Positions 30,073 to 40,301 of a stretch of 64,000 nucleotides of DNA are shown here, in pieces (within the stretch, counting starts at the first letter, position 1; each line of letters opens with the position of its first letter). The position numbers were made by a program, and so were the translations under genes. The DNA lies in assembly GCA_964387845.1 (NCBI GenBank), contig CAYLXA010000003.1, positions 128,001 to 192,000 on the forward strand, written 5' to 3'. Below the pieces are notes generated by a model. The model was not told the DNA's origin. It ran no database searches and was given only the letters and a program-made list of their open reading frames with translations. The DNA comes from an uncultured bacterium (GTDB lineage: Bacteria > Omnitrophota > Omnitrophia > Omnitrophales > Abzuiibacteriaceae).

Positions 30073-31758
30073 ATGTCATATCAAGTCTTCGCGCGCAAGT
30101 TCAGGCCGCAAACTTTTGATGAAGTCATCGGCCAAGAACACATCACCACAACCCTTAAAAATGCGATTAAAAAGGGCCGAGTTGCGCAAAGCTTCCTATT
30201 TTCGGGCTCCCGCGGCGTCGGGAAAACATCCACAGCCCGGATTTTAGCCAAAGCGCTCAACTGCCAAAAGGGCCCCAGCGAAAATCCGTGCGGGAAATGC
30301 CCGAGCTGTGAAGAAATCACGCGCGGCGCAAGCCTTGATGTGCTCGAAATCGACGGTGCATCAAACCGCGGCATCGATGAAATCCGGAATCTTCGCGACA
30401 ACGTCAAATTTAAGCCTTCCAGCGGGCGTTATAAGATTTACATTATTGACGAAGTCCACATGCTGACGGGAGAAGCGTTTAATGCGCTTCTAAAAACACT
30501 TGAAGAGCCTCCGGAACATGTGAAATTTGTTTTTGCGACAACCGAATCGCACAAAGTTCCCCTGACAATCCTTTCAAGGTGCCAAAGGTTTTCATTCCGC
30601 CGCGTTTCCACTTCATTGATTCACGATAAATTGAAGGAAATCTGCAAAAAAGAAAAAATCAAGGCAGGCGAGAAAACACTTTTCCTGATCGCAAAGTCCG
30701 CAGAAGGAAGTTTGCGTGACGGCGAAGGGCTTCTGGACCAAATGTCGAGTTTCGGCGAAGGCGAAATCAAAGAAGACGATGTTTTGTTTTCACTCGGCCT
30801 GACATCGGATGAAACTTATCTTCAATTAATCCGCGCGGTTGAATCGAGAAAATCAAAAGACGTTTTGTCGCTTGTCAGCGAGTTGGTGGATCAAGGGAAA
30901 GACATCGAGCAATTTACCAAAGGCCTTTTGGAGTATTTCCGTGATCTTTTGGTGCTGAAGCTCGGTGATGTAAAGTCCGAATTCATCGAGCGCGATGAAG
31001 AATCGCTCTCGGAGCTTCTGAAATTTTCAGAAAGTTTCAAACGCGAAGAGCTTTTCTTGATTTTAAGCCTGCTTCAGCAGCTTCTCCGGGAAATTAAATG
31101 GTCAAAAAGCCCGCGTTATCTTTTAGAAATTTGCCTGCTCAAAATCGCAAACCGGGAAGAGCTTTCGGCGATTCAAGATATTTTGTCTGAACTCCGGCAG
31201 ATTTCAAAAACACCGGCGCAGTTTTCACCTTCATCAAGCGGTGTTTCCAATTTTCAAGCGGCCTCGTTTCAGGATAAAAAAAAAGCCGTTGAGCGCCCCG
31301 AAATAAAATTCCAACTCAAACCTGCTTTGAAATCCGAGGCAAAAAATCCGGAAGAAACCGCGGTTTCCGCTTACGGCGTGCGCGATATCGATTTTGAAGA
31401 AATGGAGCGCGCCTGGCCGGAACTTTTGTCGCGCGTAAAAACCACCAGGATGTCGGTCGGCACTTATCTTTCGGAATCGGAACCTTTGGAAGTTGCGGGC
31501 AATAAAATTACATTCGGATTTCCGCCGGAATTTAAATTTCATATGGAAAATCTGGAGCATCAGGGCAATAAGGGCTTTATTCAAAAAACGCTCGAGGATA
31601 TTCTGAAAGCGAAAGTGCAAATTCAGTTTGTTGTGGCAAAAGCGGAAAAAATCGAAAAAGTTGTGCCCAAAACCGAACCCGAAAAAGAAAATAATTCAGA
31701 AGTCATTTTGTCCGCGCTGGATATTTTTCAAGGCAGTAAAGTGATCCGGAAAGCTTAG
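30073..31758 (+). CDS. dnaX: DNA polymerase III subunit tau/gamma
   Basis: 561 aa; AAA+ GSRGVGKTS, zinc module CxxC...CxxC, C-terminal tau region. Confidence 0.9.
   Translation: MSYQVFARKFRPQTFDEVIGQEHITTTLKNAIKKGRVAQSFLFSGSRGVGKTSTARILAKALNCQKGPSENPCGKCPSCEEITRGASLDVLEIDGASNRGIDEIRNLRDNVKFKPSSGRYKIYIIDEVHMLTGEAFNALLKTLEEPPEHVKFVFATTESHKVPLTILSRCQRFSFRRVSTSLIHDKLKEICKKEKIKAGEKTLFLIAKSAEGSLRDGEGLLDQMSSFGEGEIKEDDVLFSLGLTSDETYLQLIRAVESRKSKDVLSLVSELVDQGKDIEQFTKGLLEYFRDLLVLKLGDVKSEFIERDEESLSELLKFSESFKREELFLILSLLQQLLREIKWSKSPRYLLEICLLKIANREELSAIQDILSELRQISKTPAQFSPSSSGVSNFQAASFQDKKKAVERPEIKFQLKPALKSEAKNPEETAVSAYGVRDIDFEEMERAWPELLSRVKTTRMSVGTYLSESEPLEVAGNKITFGFPPEFKFHMENLEHQGNKGFIQKTLEDILKAKVQIQFVVAKAEKIEKVVPKTEPEKENNSEVILSALDIFQGSKVIRKA
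31276..31284 (+). other. A9 slippery run inside dnaX (candidate -1 frameshift / transcriptional-slippage site for the gamma subunit)
   Basis: Nine A's in-frame as AAA AAA AAA (KKK, codons 402-404). The -1 frame reads AGC CGT TGA (stop after 2 codons); the +1 frame stops after 6 codons. Confidence 0.5.
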
Positions 31759-31763
31759 CCCTC

Positions 31764-32369
31764 ATGAGCGAAGGTTACCCCGAGATTCTTACCCGCTTGA
31801 TGAAAGCATTTACCATGCTCCCCGGCATCGGCCCTAAATCTGCCGAGCGGATTGTGCTTCAATTATTAAAAGAAAGCGACCAGCAAGTCCGCGAACTTTC
31901 AAAACTGCTCGTGGATGCAAAAGAGAAAATTTTCTTCTGTGATCTCTGCCGCAATCTAACCACCGAAAAGCTTTGCGGAATCTGCAAAGACCCGACGCGC
32001 GTGCAGAAAATCCTGTGTATTGTGGAAAGCCCGAAAGATGTGGCTTTGATTGAAAAAACAGGCGCTTTTCACGGGCTTTTTCATGTTTTATTCGGAACCT
32101 TATCGCCGATCGACGGTGTCGGCCCCCAGGAGCTCCGGCTTGACCGGCTGCTCAAGCGAATTAAAACCACCGGGATCGAAGAAGTAATTTTAGCGACCAA
32201 CCCCAACACGGAAGGCGATACCACCGCGCTTTACATGGCTGAGAATTTAAAAGGAACGAGCGTGAAAGTCACGCGAATCGCGCGCGGGGTTCCGGTCGGG
32301 AGCCATCTGGATTATGTAGACCCGGCGACGCTAGAACAAGCAATGACGGGGCGGACCGTTTTAAGTTAA
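31764..32369 (+). CDS. recR: Recombination protein RecR
   Basis: 201 aa; C4 zinc finger CDLC...CGIC, Toprim domain. Confidence 0.9.
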   Translation: MSEGYPEILTRLMKAFTMLPGIGPKSAERIVLQLLKESDQQVRELSKLLVDAKEKIFFCDLCRNLTTEKLCGICKDPTRVQKILCIVESPKDVALIEKTGAFHGLFHVLFGTLSPIDGVGPQELRLDRLLKRIKTTGIEEVILATNPNTEGDTTALYMAENLKGTSVKVTRIARGVPVGSHLDYVDPATLEQAMTGRTVLS

Positions 32370-32447
32370 TTTCGGATTGTGGGTTGCGAATATCGGATTA
32401 TCTAATCCGCAATCCGAATTCCGAAATCCACAATAGATAGATATTCG

Positions 32448-34514
32448 ATGATCAAAAATCTTTGGAAGCAAAACCAAATGCAAAATAAGGATGCCCTCGA
32501 TCAACTCGTGCTGCGTTCGCGATGGATCGGAAGCGACCCTAAGCTCTGTCTTTGGGGCGGCGGAAATACTTCGACCAAAACAACCGAAAAAAGCCCGTTT
32601 GGCGGTGAAGTGAAGGTGTTGTGGGTCAAAGGTTCCGGTTCCGACATGAAATTCTCAGAGCGTAAACATTTTACGCCGCTCGATCTTCAGAAACTCATGT
32701 CGCTTCTTTCCGTGGGTGACATGAGCGATCAAATGATGGTCGATTACGTAGCGCAGGCACAATTATCACCAAAAGCACCGCGAGCTTCGGTAGAAGCGCT
32801 GCTCCACGCTTTTATTCCATATTCAGACATTGACCACAGCCATGCAGACGCGATTCTCTCAATCACCAACAATACGAACAATGCGCGGCTTATCAAAAAA
32901 TTATACGGAGACGAAATGTTGTGGATTCCGTACGTAAAGCCGGGATTCAATTTATCAAAGCGCGTTTATGCGGCGTTTCAGAAAAACAAGCGCGCAAAGG
33001 GTGCCATTTTGGAAAAGCACGGCATCATCACATGGGGAAATTCGTCCAAACAGAGTTATGCGCGCATGGTTGAAATGGTGAGCCGGGCCGAGAAATTTAT
33101 CGAGAAAAAAGCAAAAGGCAAATCAAAGTCAATATTTGGCGGGAAGCGTTTCCGTGAATTAAAAGCAAATGAGCGCGAGAAATTTTTGTCGCAATCTCTT
33201 CCCATTATTCGAAGCGCGGTGAGTAAAAATAAAAGAATGATTTTAACGGTGAATAGCACACCGGGCGTTCTCGAGTTTGTAAATTCCAAAAAAGGCGCAC
33301 AGCTTTCACAAATTGGCTGCGCAACTCCGGATCATATGCTGCGCACAAAAGGAAAACCGCTTTTTCTAAAAATCAAAACAAGCGTGAATGATTTAACCGA
33401 AAATAGTATTCGGCGACAGATCGAAAGTTACGCAAAAGCGCATGAGCGTTATTACAAGAAATTCAAATCGCCCGGTATGCAGATGTTGGATCCTTATCCG
33501 CGTGTCATTTTGATCCCGCAAGTGGGCCTCATTGCTACAGGCAAAGACTTGGCGGCATCAAAAGAATGTTCCGAAATTTATGAGCACTCGATTTCTACCA
33601 TCCGCGGAGGAGAAGTAGTTGGAAAATATAAATCACTTCCGCTCCCGAAAATATTTGAAATGGAATATTGGCCTCTGGAACTTTACAAACTGTCTCTTGC
33701 GCCGCTGGAAGCCAGTTTGGCTAGGAAAGTTGCCATTGTGACGGGCGCTGTTGGCTCTATCGGCCGTTCGATTTCTGAAAAATTGACAAAAGAAGGTGCC
33801 CATGTAGTTCTCACCGATCTGGATACGGCAAAAGCGCAAAAAGCGGCGGATGAGATTAATCAAAAAACGAAATCAAAACGCGCGATAGGTATTAAACTTG
33901 ATGTAACCAGCGAGCAATCGGTCAAAGAAGCGCTACGGAAAACCGTTTTGTTATTTGGCGGGCTTGATTTAGTAGTTTCAAATGCCGGCATTGCGCATAT
34001 TTCATCGGTGGATCAGCTTTCACTTTCGGATTGGGAAAAGTCGCTTAAAGTCAATGCCACAGGACATTTTTTACTCGCGCGCGAAGCAGTCAAAATATTC
34101 AAGCAGCAAAAATTGGGTGGTAATTTAGTTTTTATTGCGACCAAAAATGTTATGGCGCCGGGGAAAGATTTTGGGGCTTACAGCGCGTCAAAATCGGCCG
34201 AAGCGCAGCTGGCGAAAATTCTGGCAATTGAAGGCGGAGAATTTAATATCCGGGCGAACATTGTAAATCCGGACGGCATTTTTGAAAATTCAGGGCTTTG
34301 GAATCAAAAAGTACGTGAAGAACGCGCCAAATCCTACGGAATTCCGGTCGGTAGGCTGGAGGATTTCTATAAAAACCGCAATTTAATGAAAATCCGGATT
34401 TTGCCGGAAGATGTCGCCAATTCCGTTTTCTTTCTCGCCTCGGATTTATCCGCCAAAACTACCGGATGCACGATCACAGTCGACGGCGGTGTCAAGGAAG
34501 CTTTCCCGCGTTAA
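32448..34514 (+). CDS. Bifunctional class II aldolase / short-chain dehydrogenase (RhaEW/YuxG-like rhamnulose-1-phosphate aldolase/SDR)
   Basis: 688 aa; N-terminal aldolase-II/adducin domain and C-terminal SDR (TGAVGSIGRS Rossmann, YSASK catalytic). Length matches B. subtilis YuxG. Confidence 0.7.
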   Translation: MIKNLWKQNQMQNKDALDQLVLRSRWIGSDPKLCLWGGGNTSTKTTEKSPFGGEVKVLWVKGSGSDMKFSERKHFTPLDLQKLMSLLSVGDMSDQMMVDYVAQAQLSPKAPRASVEALLHAFIPYSDIDHSHADAILSITNNTNNARLIKKLYGDEMLWIPYVKPGFNLSKRVYAAFQKNKRAKGAILEKHGIITWGNSSKQSYARMVEMVSRAEKFIEKKAKGKSKSIFGGKRFRELKANEREKFLSQSLPIIRSAVSKNKRMILTVNSTPGVLEFVNSKKGAQLSQIGCATPDHMLRTKGKPLFLKIKTSVNDLTENSIRRQIESYAKAHERYYKKFKSPGMQMLDPYPRVILIPQVGLIATGKDLAASKECSEIYEHSISTIRGGEVVGKYKSLPLPKIFEMEYWPLELYKLSLAPLEASLARKVAIVTGAVGSIGRSISEKLTKEGAHVVLTDLDTAKAQKAADEINQKTKSKRAIGIKLDVTSEQSVKEALRKTVLLFGGLDLVVSNAGIAHISSVDQLSLSDWEKSLKVNATGHFLLAREAVKIFKQQKLGGNLVFIATKNVMAPGKDFGAYSASKSAEAQLAKILAIEGGEFNIRANIVNPDGIFENSGLWNQKVREERAKSYGIPVGRLEDFYKNRNLMKIRILPEDVANSVFFLASDLSAKTTGCTITVDGGVKEAFPR

Positions 34515-34521
34515 TCTAACC

Positions 34522-36543
34522 TTATTCTTTTGCGGTCAATCCGTTTGTTTTGAGCCATTCCATGAAGGCCTGCTTGGCGGCAGGTGTTAAAATCACAGAC
34601 ACTTTATCTTTTGCTTCAAGCCGTGTATTTCCGTGCGGGACAATAACCATTCCGCGTTTTTTAATCGATGTGATGACAGTTCCTTGTGAAATGTGCAAGT
34701 CTTTGATCGTTTTTCCTGTAATGGATGAGCGCAGCGGAACATTAAATGTCATCGGCAAAATACCGGCCGGCAAAGATTGCTGTTCTTCAAGCCGGTCCAC
34801 TAAATCAGCGCGGTGCCCGGCTAAATCCGTATAAGCTTTAAAAACATGTTCTGATTTTAAAAGACCGACGACCTTTGAAGGATTTGCAGGGTCAACAACC
34901 GGGATTTGATTCATATTACGGCTCAGAAGAAGTTTTGCTGCTTCATTTAAAGGCTCGTTCGAGAAGCAATATTCCGGGATCGGATTCATCAAATCGTGTA
35001 CGATTACGGCATCTAAATTTTCTCCCAGAAGTGTCTTTTGAATTTCTTCAACTTTGATAATGCCCACCCAAGCGCCTTCCTGATTAACCACGAAATAATT
35101 TTCCTTTTTTGCCTTCGATAATCTTTCCATTAATTGTTTTCCCGTCATGGCAGACGGCACAATTTCAAAATCTGTTCCCATCGCATCTTGTACTCGAAGC
35201 GCACCTAAAAGGCGCACTTCTTCAATAGCATGAATGTTGATGCCGCTTCGTTTGAACTTAATCGTATCCATTGAATCGCGGCTTAAAAGCTGTGAGATGG
35301 AAGTTGCGGCAACAGACGCAATCATGAGAGGTAAAATAACATCGTAATTTCCGGTCATCTCAAATACAAGCAGAATGGCGGTTATAGGTGCATGGAAAGC
35401 GCCGGAAAACACGCTCACCATACCAACCAAAGCGTAAGCGCCGGGTGAACCTATTGAAAAGGGAATATGCGGCGCCAGGAATTTTTCGATACAACCACCC
35501 AACATGGCACCGACAAAGAGAGTGGGCGCAAATGTACCCCCCGAACTTCCGGAGCCCAGTGAGATGCAAGTCGCAAAAATTTTTAAAAAAACAAGAATCA
35601 GCAAAAGCCACACGCCGAGCTCTGCGCTGCCATGGAGCGCCATTTCAATTGTTTGGAAGCCCATTCCAAAAATCTGGGGGAAATAGATTCCCATAGATCC
35701 GATTAAAAAACCTCCCACCATCGGTTTAAACCACGGCGGAGACTTGAATTTTTCAAAGGAAGAATCAAATTTGTCCATCATGTAAACAAAAAAGATCGCA
35801 ACCAATGCTGAAACGCACCCAACACCCAAATATAAGAAAATTTCTAGAGGATTTTTCAAGGAATACGTCGGGACAACAAAAGCAGGAGATTGTCCCAGAA
35901 AAATATGACTGACAATAGAGGAGGCGACCGAAGCCACCACAACATTGCTGAGTGCTTTGGCCTCTAAATCCTTCAAAATGATTTCAAGCGCGAACATAAC
36001 ACCTGTGATCGGTGCATTAAATACGGCAGAAATGCCGGCCGCAGTACCACAGGCGATTAGATTTTTAGTCCGTGATTCACTTAATTTTAAAAACTTGCCT
36101 GCAAACGAACCAATACCCGCTCCCATTTGAACGGCGGGGCCTTCCCGGCCGGTTGATGCCCCTGAGCCCAGAGAAATCGCAGAGGTAATGCCTTTCATAA
36201 TGATGCCTCTTGTGCGCATGCGGCCTTTGTTAAGTGTAATTGCTTTTAAAACTTCAGGAACGCCGTTACCAGCCGCTTCCGGCGCAAATAGATAGATTAA
36301 AAGCCCCACAAGAAGTCCGCCAACAGCCGGAATCAGCAACACACGATAGCGGCCCAGATAAGATAAGTGAGTGCTGAGATTGTCAAAAAAAATATGCTCG
36401 CTTAAAGAAATGCCTTTAATGAAGAGAACAATGATCAGACCGGTGACGATACCGATGATGCCTGATAACAACATCGGAAGTGCAAGACGAGCTGTATTGA
36501 GGAAATTATTGAAATTACGCTTGAAGAACAACGCTGCCTTCAT
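34522..36543 (-). CDS. ClC-family chloride channel / H+-Cl- antiporter with C-terminal CBS pair and TrkA-C domain
   Basis: 673 aa; selectivity motifs GASTGREGP and GSGSSGGTFAP; C-terminal CBS pair and RCK_C. Confidence 0.85.
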   Translation of the reverse strand: MKAALFFKRNFNNFLNTARLALPMLLSGIIGIVTGLIIVLFIKGISLSEHIFFDNLSTHLSYLGRYRVLLIPAVGGLLVGLLIYLFAPEAAGNGVPEVLKAITLNKGRMRTRGIIMKGITSAISLGSGASTGREGPAVQMGAGIGSFAGKFLKLSESRTKNLIACGTAAGISAVFNAPITGVMFALEIILKDLEAKALSNVVVASVASSIVSHIFLGQSPAFVVPTYSLKNPLEIFLYLGVGCVSALVAIFFVYMMDKFDSSFEKFKSPPWFKPMVGGFLIGSMGIYFPQIFGMGFQTIEMALHGSAELGVWLLLILVFLKIFATCISLGSGSSGGTFAPTLFVGAMLGGCIEKFLAPHIPFSIGSPGAYALVGMVSVFSGAFHAPITAILLVFEMTGNYDVILPLMIASVAATSISQLLSRDSMDTIKFKRSGINIHAIEEVRLLGALRVQDAMGTDFEIVPSAMTGKQLMERLSKAKKENYFVVNQEGAWVGIIKVEEIQKTLLGENLDAVIVHDLMNPIPEYCFSNEPLNEAAKLLLSRNMNQIPVVDPANPSKVVGLLKSEHVFKAYTDLAGHRADLVDRLEEQQSLPAGILPMTFNVPLRSSITGKTIKDLHISQGTVITSIKKRGMVIVPHGNTRLEAKDKVSVILTPAAKQAFMEWLKTNGLTAKE

Positions 36544-36618
36544 ACCTTGGTGATTATATCACCAACAAGACAGTCAACTCCAGTTAGGAATTTAAAACCT
36601 GCTAAAATCCAGATAAAA

Positions 36619-37104
36619 TTATTCGAGAAGACTTCTAAGCATCCAAGCTGTTTTTTCATGAATTTGCATCCGCTGGGTCAGCAAATCCATCGTAACTTGA
36701 TCGCTTGATTTTTCCGCAATTGGAAATATCGAACGCGCTGTTCGAATAACGGCTCCATGGCCTTCAACAAGTGAACGGATCATATCTTCCGCTTTCAGAT
36801 TGCTTTTTTCTTCCTTGATTGAACTCAAAGCAGAAAATTCGCTGTAACTTCCCGGCGCAAATTCATCCAATGCGCGAATGCGTTCAGCAATCAGGTCAAC
36901 CGCGGTCCATAATTCGTTGTAATGTTGTTCAAACATTAAATGCAGTGTTTGAAACATTGGGCCGGTAACGTTCCAGTGAAATTTGTGGGTTTTTAAGTAA
37001 AGAGTGTAAGTATCGGCTAGTAGTTTAGAAACGCCTTTTGCGATTTCTTTACGATTTGTCTCGGGAATTCCAATGTCGACAGGGATAGATGTTTGAGTAC
37101 TCAT
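36619..37104 (-). CDS. dps: Dps (DNA-binding ferritin-like protein)
   Basis: Start placed at MSTQTS (GGAGGAAG SD). Ferritin-like di-iron site HW...D...E. Confidence 0.8.
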   Translation of the reverse strand: MSTQTSIPVDIGIPETNRKEIAKGVSKLLADTYTLYLKTHKFHWNVTGPMFQTLHLMFEQHYNELWTAVDLIAERIRALDEFAPGSYSEFSALSSIKEEKSNLKAEDMIRSLVEGHGAVIRTARSIFPIAEKSSDQVTMDLLTQRMQIHEKTAWMLRSLLE

Positions 37105-37161
37105 AACGGCTTCCTCCAAGTTAGAAACCCATTTTATCACTTTTAACACGGGTTTATAAGT

Positions 37162-37196
37162 AAAAAGCCGCGCTGAATTAAATCAGTGCGGCTTTT
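37162..37196 (-). terminator. Rho-independent terminator (AAAAAGCCGCGCTGA-loop-TCAGTGCGGCTTTTT)
   Basis: 10-bp GC stem with A/T runs on both sides, immediately 3' of the 37212-37772 gene. Confidence 0.6.
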
Positions 37197-37211
37197 TAGG
37201 AGAAAATAAAA

Positions 37212-37772
37212 CTAACGCTTTTTTGCAGGGCCTTGAGCGGTCACTCTATCGGCTGGGCCGCGGGCGATTCGGTTTTCACGCCGGTCGGCACGGTTTTCAA
37301 CACGATCACGCCTGTCTTCGCGTTTATCCAAAAATTCCTTTCGGTTTTTGCGGATTTCATCACGTTTGGCCTGCCATTCCTCGCGGTGCTTCTTGGCATT
37401 TTCCAAACGTTCCTGCCGGGCTTCTTCGAACTTTTCTCTTAAATCCCGGCGGGCATCTTGAAATTCCTGACGGTTTTCGCGCATCTCGGAGACATTTTCT
37501 TGATGCGTTTCCCTTAATTGTTGGCGCAACTGTTGCGCCAATTCTTTGTTTCCCGATTTCAAAGCATCTTGGATTTGCTCACGAAGCGCCTTTTCTTCTT
37601 CCTTAGCCAAACGGGCACCTTCACGGATTTCTCCGCGCTGCTCTTTTAATGCCGAAGCGTAAGGCCGATCGCCCGGCTGAGCGTCGCCCTCTCGAGTTTC
37701 TTCTGCGATCGAAACACCATAAAACAAAAAACTAACCGCCAAAACAGGCAAAAACACTCTGAATAACTTCAT
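37212..37772 (-). CDS. Secreted R/E/K-rich coiled-coil protein (hypothetical; Spy/CpxP-like composition)
   Basis: Start moved to MKLFRVFLPVLAVSFLFYGVSIA (GAGGAGGG SD), removing the overlap with pfkA. Highly charged repetitive helical body. Confidence 0.5.
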   Translation of the reverse strand: MKLFRVFLPVLAVSFLFYGVSIAEETREGDAQPGDRPYASALKEQRGEIREGARLAKEEEKALREQIQDALKSGNKELAQQLRQQLRETHQENVSEMRENRQEFQDARRDLREKFEEARQERLENAKKHREEWQAKRDEIRKNRKEFLDKREDRRDRVENRADRRENRIARGPADRVTAQGPAKKR

Positions 37773-37849
37773 TGGTAAACCCTCCTCTGCGCCTTTAGCG
37801 CAATGAATTCGGTAATAAGACGAGTCCCGCTCAAAAAGGTTTAATGAGT

Positions 37850-38842
37850 TTAAGTAGCCAGTATCGGCAGAATTTTTAACAGGAAAGGATCTAGCTTCTT
37901 TTTCCTGGACCAAGTCTGTTTGAGCGGTGTCGTGACAAACAAATTTTTTACTTTCCCGACTGCGACTCCGGTTTTTCCTTTTAAAATTTGCGTGACGGCA
38001 AAAGCGCCGAGTTCCGTTGCAATTTTGCGGTCCATCGCGGTCGGAATACCGCCGCGCTGCAAATGCCCCAGGACGACAACGCGGTATTCATTGCCGCTTA
38101 GTTTCTTCAATTTTTCCGCGATTTGAAATGCACCGCCTTCTTTTTCGCCTTCTGCCACAATAATCAAGCTGCTGGTTTTTCCGGCTTGATTGGCTTCGGA
38201 AAGCTGTTTGGAGATTGTGCGAAGATTTGTCGTAGTCTCAGGCACCAAAACTTCCTCGGCACCTCCCGAAATCCCGACATCCAAAGCGATAAAACCGGCA
38301 TGCCGGCCCATCACTTCCACCAAAAACATGCGCTCATGCGATTCGGCCGTGTCCCTGATTTTATCGATGGCCTGGAGAGCGGTATTCACCGCCGTGTCGT
38401 AACCGATCGTAAAATCCGTTCCGTAAATGTCATTATCAATCGTTCCCGGCACCCCGATAATTTTTCCTGTCCATATTTTTGACAAATCATGGGCGCCGCG
38501 ATAAGTTCCGTTGCCGCCGATTGTAATGAGGCCGTCAATCCGGTTTCTTTCCAAAATTTCTTTTGCTTTGAGCTGGCCTTCTTTCGTTTCAAATTCCTTA
38601 CACCGGGAGGTTTTGAGAATCGTTCCGCCCCGTTGAATGATATTGGATACATCGCGCGGCCCAAACTCTTTGAAATCTTCCGACAAAAGGCCCTGATAAC
38701 CTCGGCGGATACCGAAAATTTTAAGGCCCGAAGCAGCAGCCACCCGGACAACCGCGCGGATTGCCGCGTTCATTCCGGGCGCATCACCGCCGCTTGTGAG
38801 AAGTGCGATTGTTTTTATTTTGCGAGTTTGTTTGGTTCTCAT
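37850..38842 (-). CDS. pfkA: ATP-dependent 6-phosphofructokinase
   Basis: 330 aa; TSGGDAPGMNAAIR and GGDGS-type motifs. Confidence 0.9.
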   Translation of the reverse strand: MRTKQTRKIKTIALLTSGGDAPGMNAAIRAVVRVAAASGLKIFGIRRGYQGLLSEDFKEFGPRDVSNIIQRGGTILKTSRCKEFETKEGQLKAKEILERNRIDGLITIGGNGTYRGAHDLSKIWTGKIIGVPGTIDNDIYGTDFTIGYDTAVNTALQAIDKIRDTAESHERMFLVEVMGRHAGFIALDVGISGGAEEVLVPETTTNLRTISKQLSEANQAGKTSSLIIVAEGEKEGGAFQIAEKLKKLSGNEYRVVVLGHLQRGGIPTAMDRKIATELGAFAVTQILKGKTGVAVGKVKNLFVTTPLKQTWSRKKKLDPFLLKILPILAT

Positions 38843-38843
38843 A

Positions 38844-39743
38844 TTAATAAGTAAATTCTATACCCGAAACAATGCGCGTATCGAGCTTTTTTGCGCTGCC
38901 CGGGTTGGAATTGTATTCGTTAATGAGGCTGAATTTCAGATTCAAATTGTCGGTAATCGGATTTTTCAGAGCCGTTTCCGCTTTCAGGCGGAATGAGCGC
39001 TCACCGCTCAACGAAGGATAAGCATAAACATCTTCCGAAATCGTCGATTTTCCGATCAAACGTTTTTCAAGATAAATGTGCGGCGTCAAAACAAATTCGC
39101 TTTCGTTTTTTTCGTCCGTTCGAAAGTTCGTAAAGGTCACGCCGGCGCCGGCTTCGGCCATGAATTTAAAATTATCCGAATCGCTGAACCAGTAGCCGAG
39201 TCCCGTGGACGGTGTGTAGCGCGAATCGATATTGGCAAACCGGTCGTGATCGCCCTCGCCCTTTGTAAAGTGAAACCACTTTTTCTCCTCTCCGAAGCTC
39301 CAGGCGTAGCGCACAAGCCCGGAATATTTTTGCGCGTTCATTTTGCGGTCGCGTTCCGAATAATAACCGTCCGCTTTAATGTCGAATTCGTTCACTTTTT
39401 CGACTTTCCGCTTAATTTCAATGGTTCCGGATAGTTCCGAAGTATTTGTATTGCCGCGCTGCCTCGAAAATCCGCCGAAAACTTTTCCGCTCCAAAGTTT
39501 TGGGTCTTCCGAAACGCTTTCCGGAACCGGTTGAGCCGCCACCGCGCCCTTAATTTCCGAAACCGCTTGTTTAGAAATCGTGAGCGTCCCCAAATGTTCT
39601 GTTGTGACAATATAGGAAGCAGCGTCGGTTTTGGCGATAGCCCCCGTAATTTTGTCTCCGTTTACGAGAAAAATCTCATCTGCCAGGACAGATTGTGCGT
39701 TGATAATGAGGAAAAATGTGGCCAAAGTAAAAAGCGTTTTCAT
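38844..39743 (-). CDS. Outer-membrane beta-barrel protein (DUF481-like)
   Basis: 299 aa; signal peptide, alternating amphipathic strands, C-terminal ...GIEFTY aromatic terminus. Confidence 0.5.
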   Translation of the reverse strand: MKTLFTLATFFLIINAQSVLADEIFLVNGDKITGAIAKTDAASYIVTTEHLGTLTISKQAVSEIKGAVAAQPVPESVSEDPKLWSGKVFGGFSRQRGNTNTSELSGTIEIKRKVEKVNEFDIKADGYYSERDRKMNAQKYSGLVRYAWSFGEEKKWFHFTKGEGDHDRFANIDSRYTPSTGLGYWFSDSDNFKFMAEAGAGVTFTNFRTDEKNESEFVLTPHIYLEKRLIGKSTISEDVYAYPSLSGERSFRLKAETALKNPITDNLNLKFSLINEYNSNPGSAKKLDTRIVSGIEFTY

Positions 39744-40093
39744 ATCAAACCTCCCGTTCGTTAAAGCATATTAGCTTTAAGGCTAGAAACCAATGCGCCC
39801 ATGTTGGTAAAGATAAGAATGCATAAAGCGCCATCGCGAGTAATAACATTGCCAAACGTGGCAGGCGATTTTCTGTAGGCAGTCACTTTAAATTTTACTA
39901 CCGTCCCGTTTTCTGTTCAATGATCTTATCGCTGAATAAAGACCGCTTGCGTATATTTTCATGGAATTTTAAAAAAAATTTTATAAATAAATTTAGAAAG
40001 TCCATTTTGCTCAGTTTTGACACGCTCGTTTAATTTTCTTGACGATATTTTTCTAGGATTTAGTCAAACAAAAACGAAAAAGAGAGGTAGCCC

Positions 40094-40291
40094 ATGTATG
40101 AAAAAGAATTAATGGTTTGCGGGTTGAGGCGGCAGCAAAATATTTTGGGTGAATTGATCAACGATCTTAGCGGAAAAAACAGGCTCAGCACCGCAGAATA
40201 TCGCCATTATGACCGGCAAACCAAACAAGTTGAGAAAAGTTTGAAGCAGCTCTTGACGCTTCGCAGCGAACTTCTTGCAGTTCAAAATTAA
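40094..40291 (+). CDS. Small helical hypothetical protein (65 aa), paralogue of the next ORF
   Basis: Good SD AAGAGAGG; helical, no recognisable family (faint DUF465-like). Confidence 0.45.
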   Translation: MYEKELMVCGLRRQQNILGELINDLSGKNRLSTAEYRHYDRQTKQVEKSLKQLLTLRSELLAVQN

Positions 40292-40301
40292 AGGCCCTGA
40301 C

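Noticed and set aside
37773-37913. Longer N-terminus of the R/E-rich protein overlapping pfkA by 64 nt
   Set aside because: An internal Met with a GAGGAGGG SD gives a proper signal peptide and removes the overlap.
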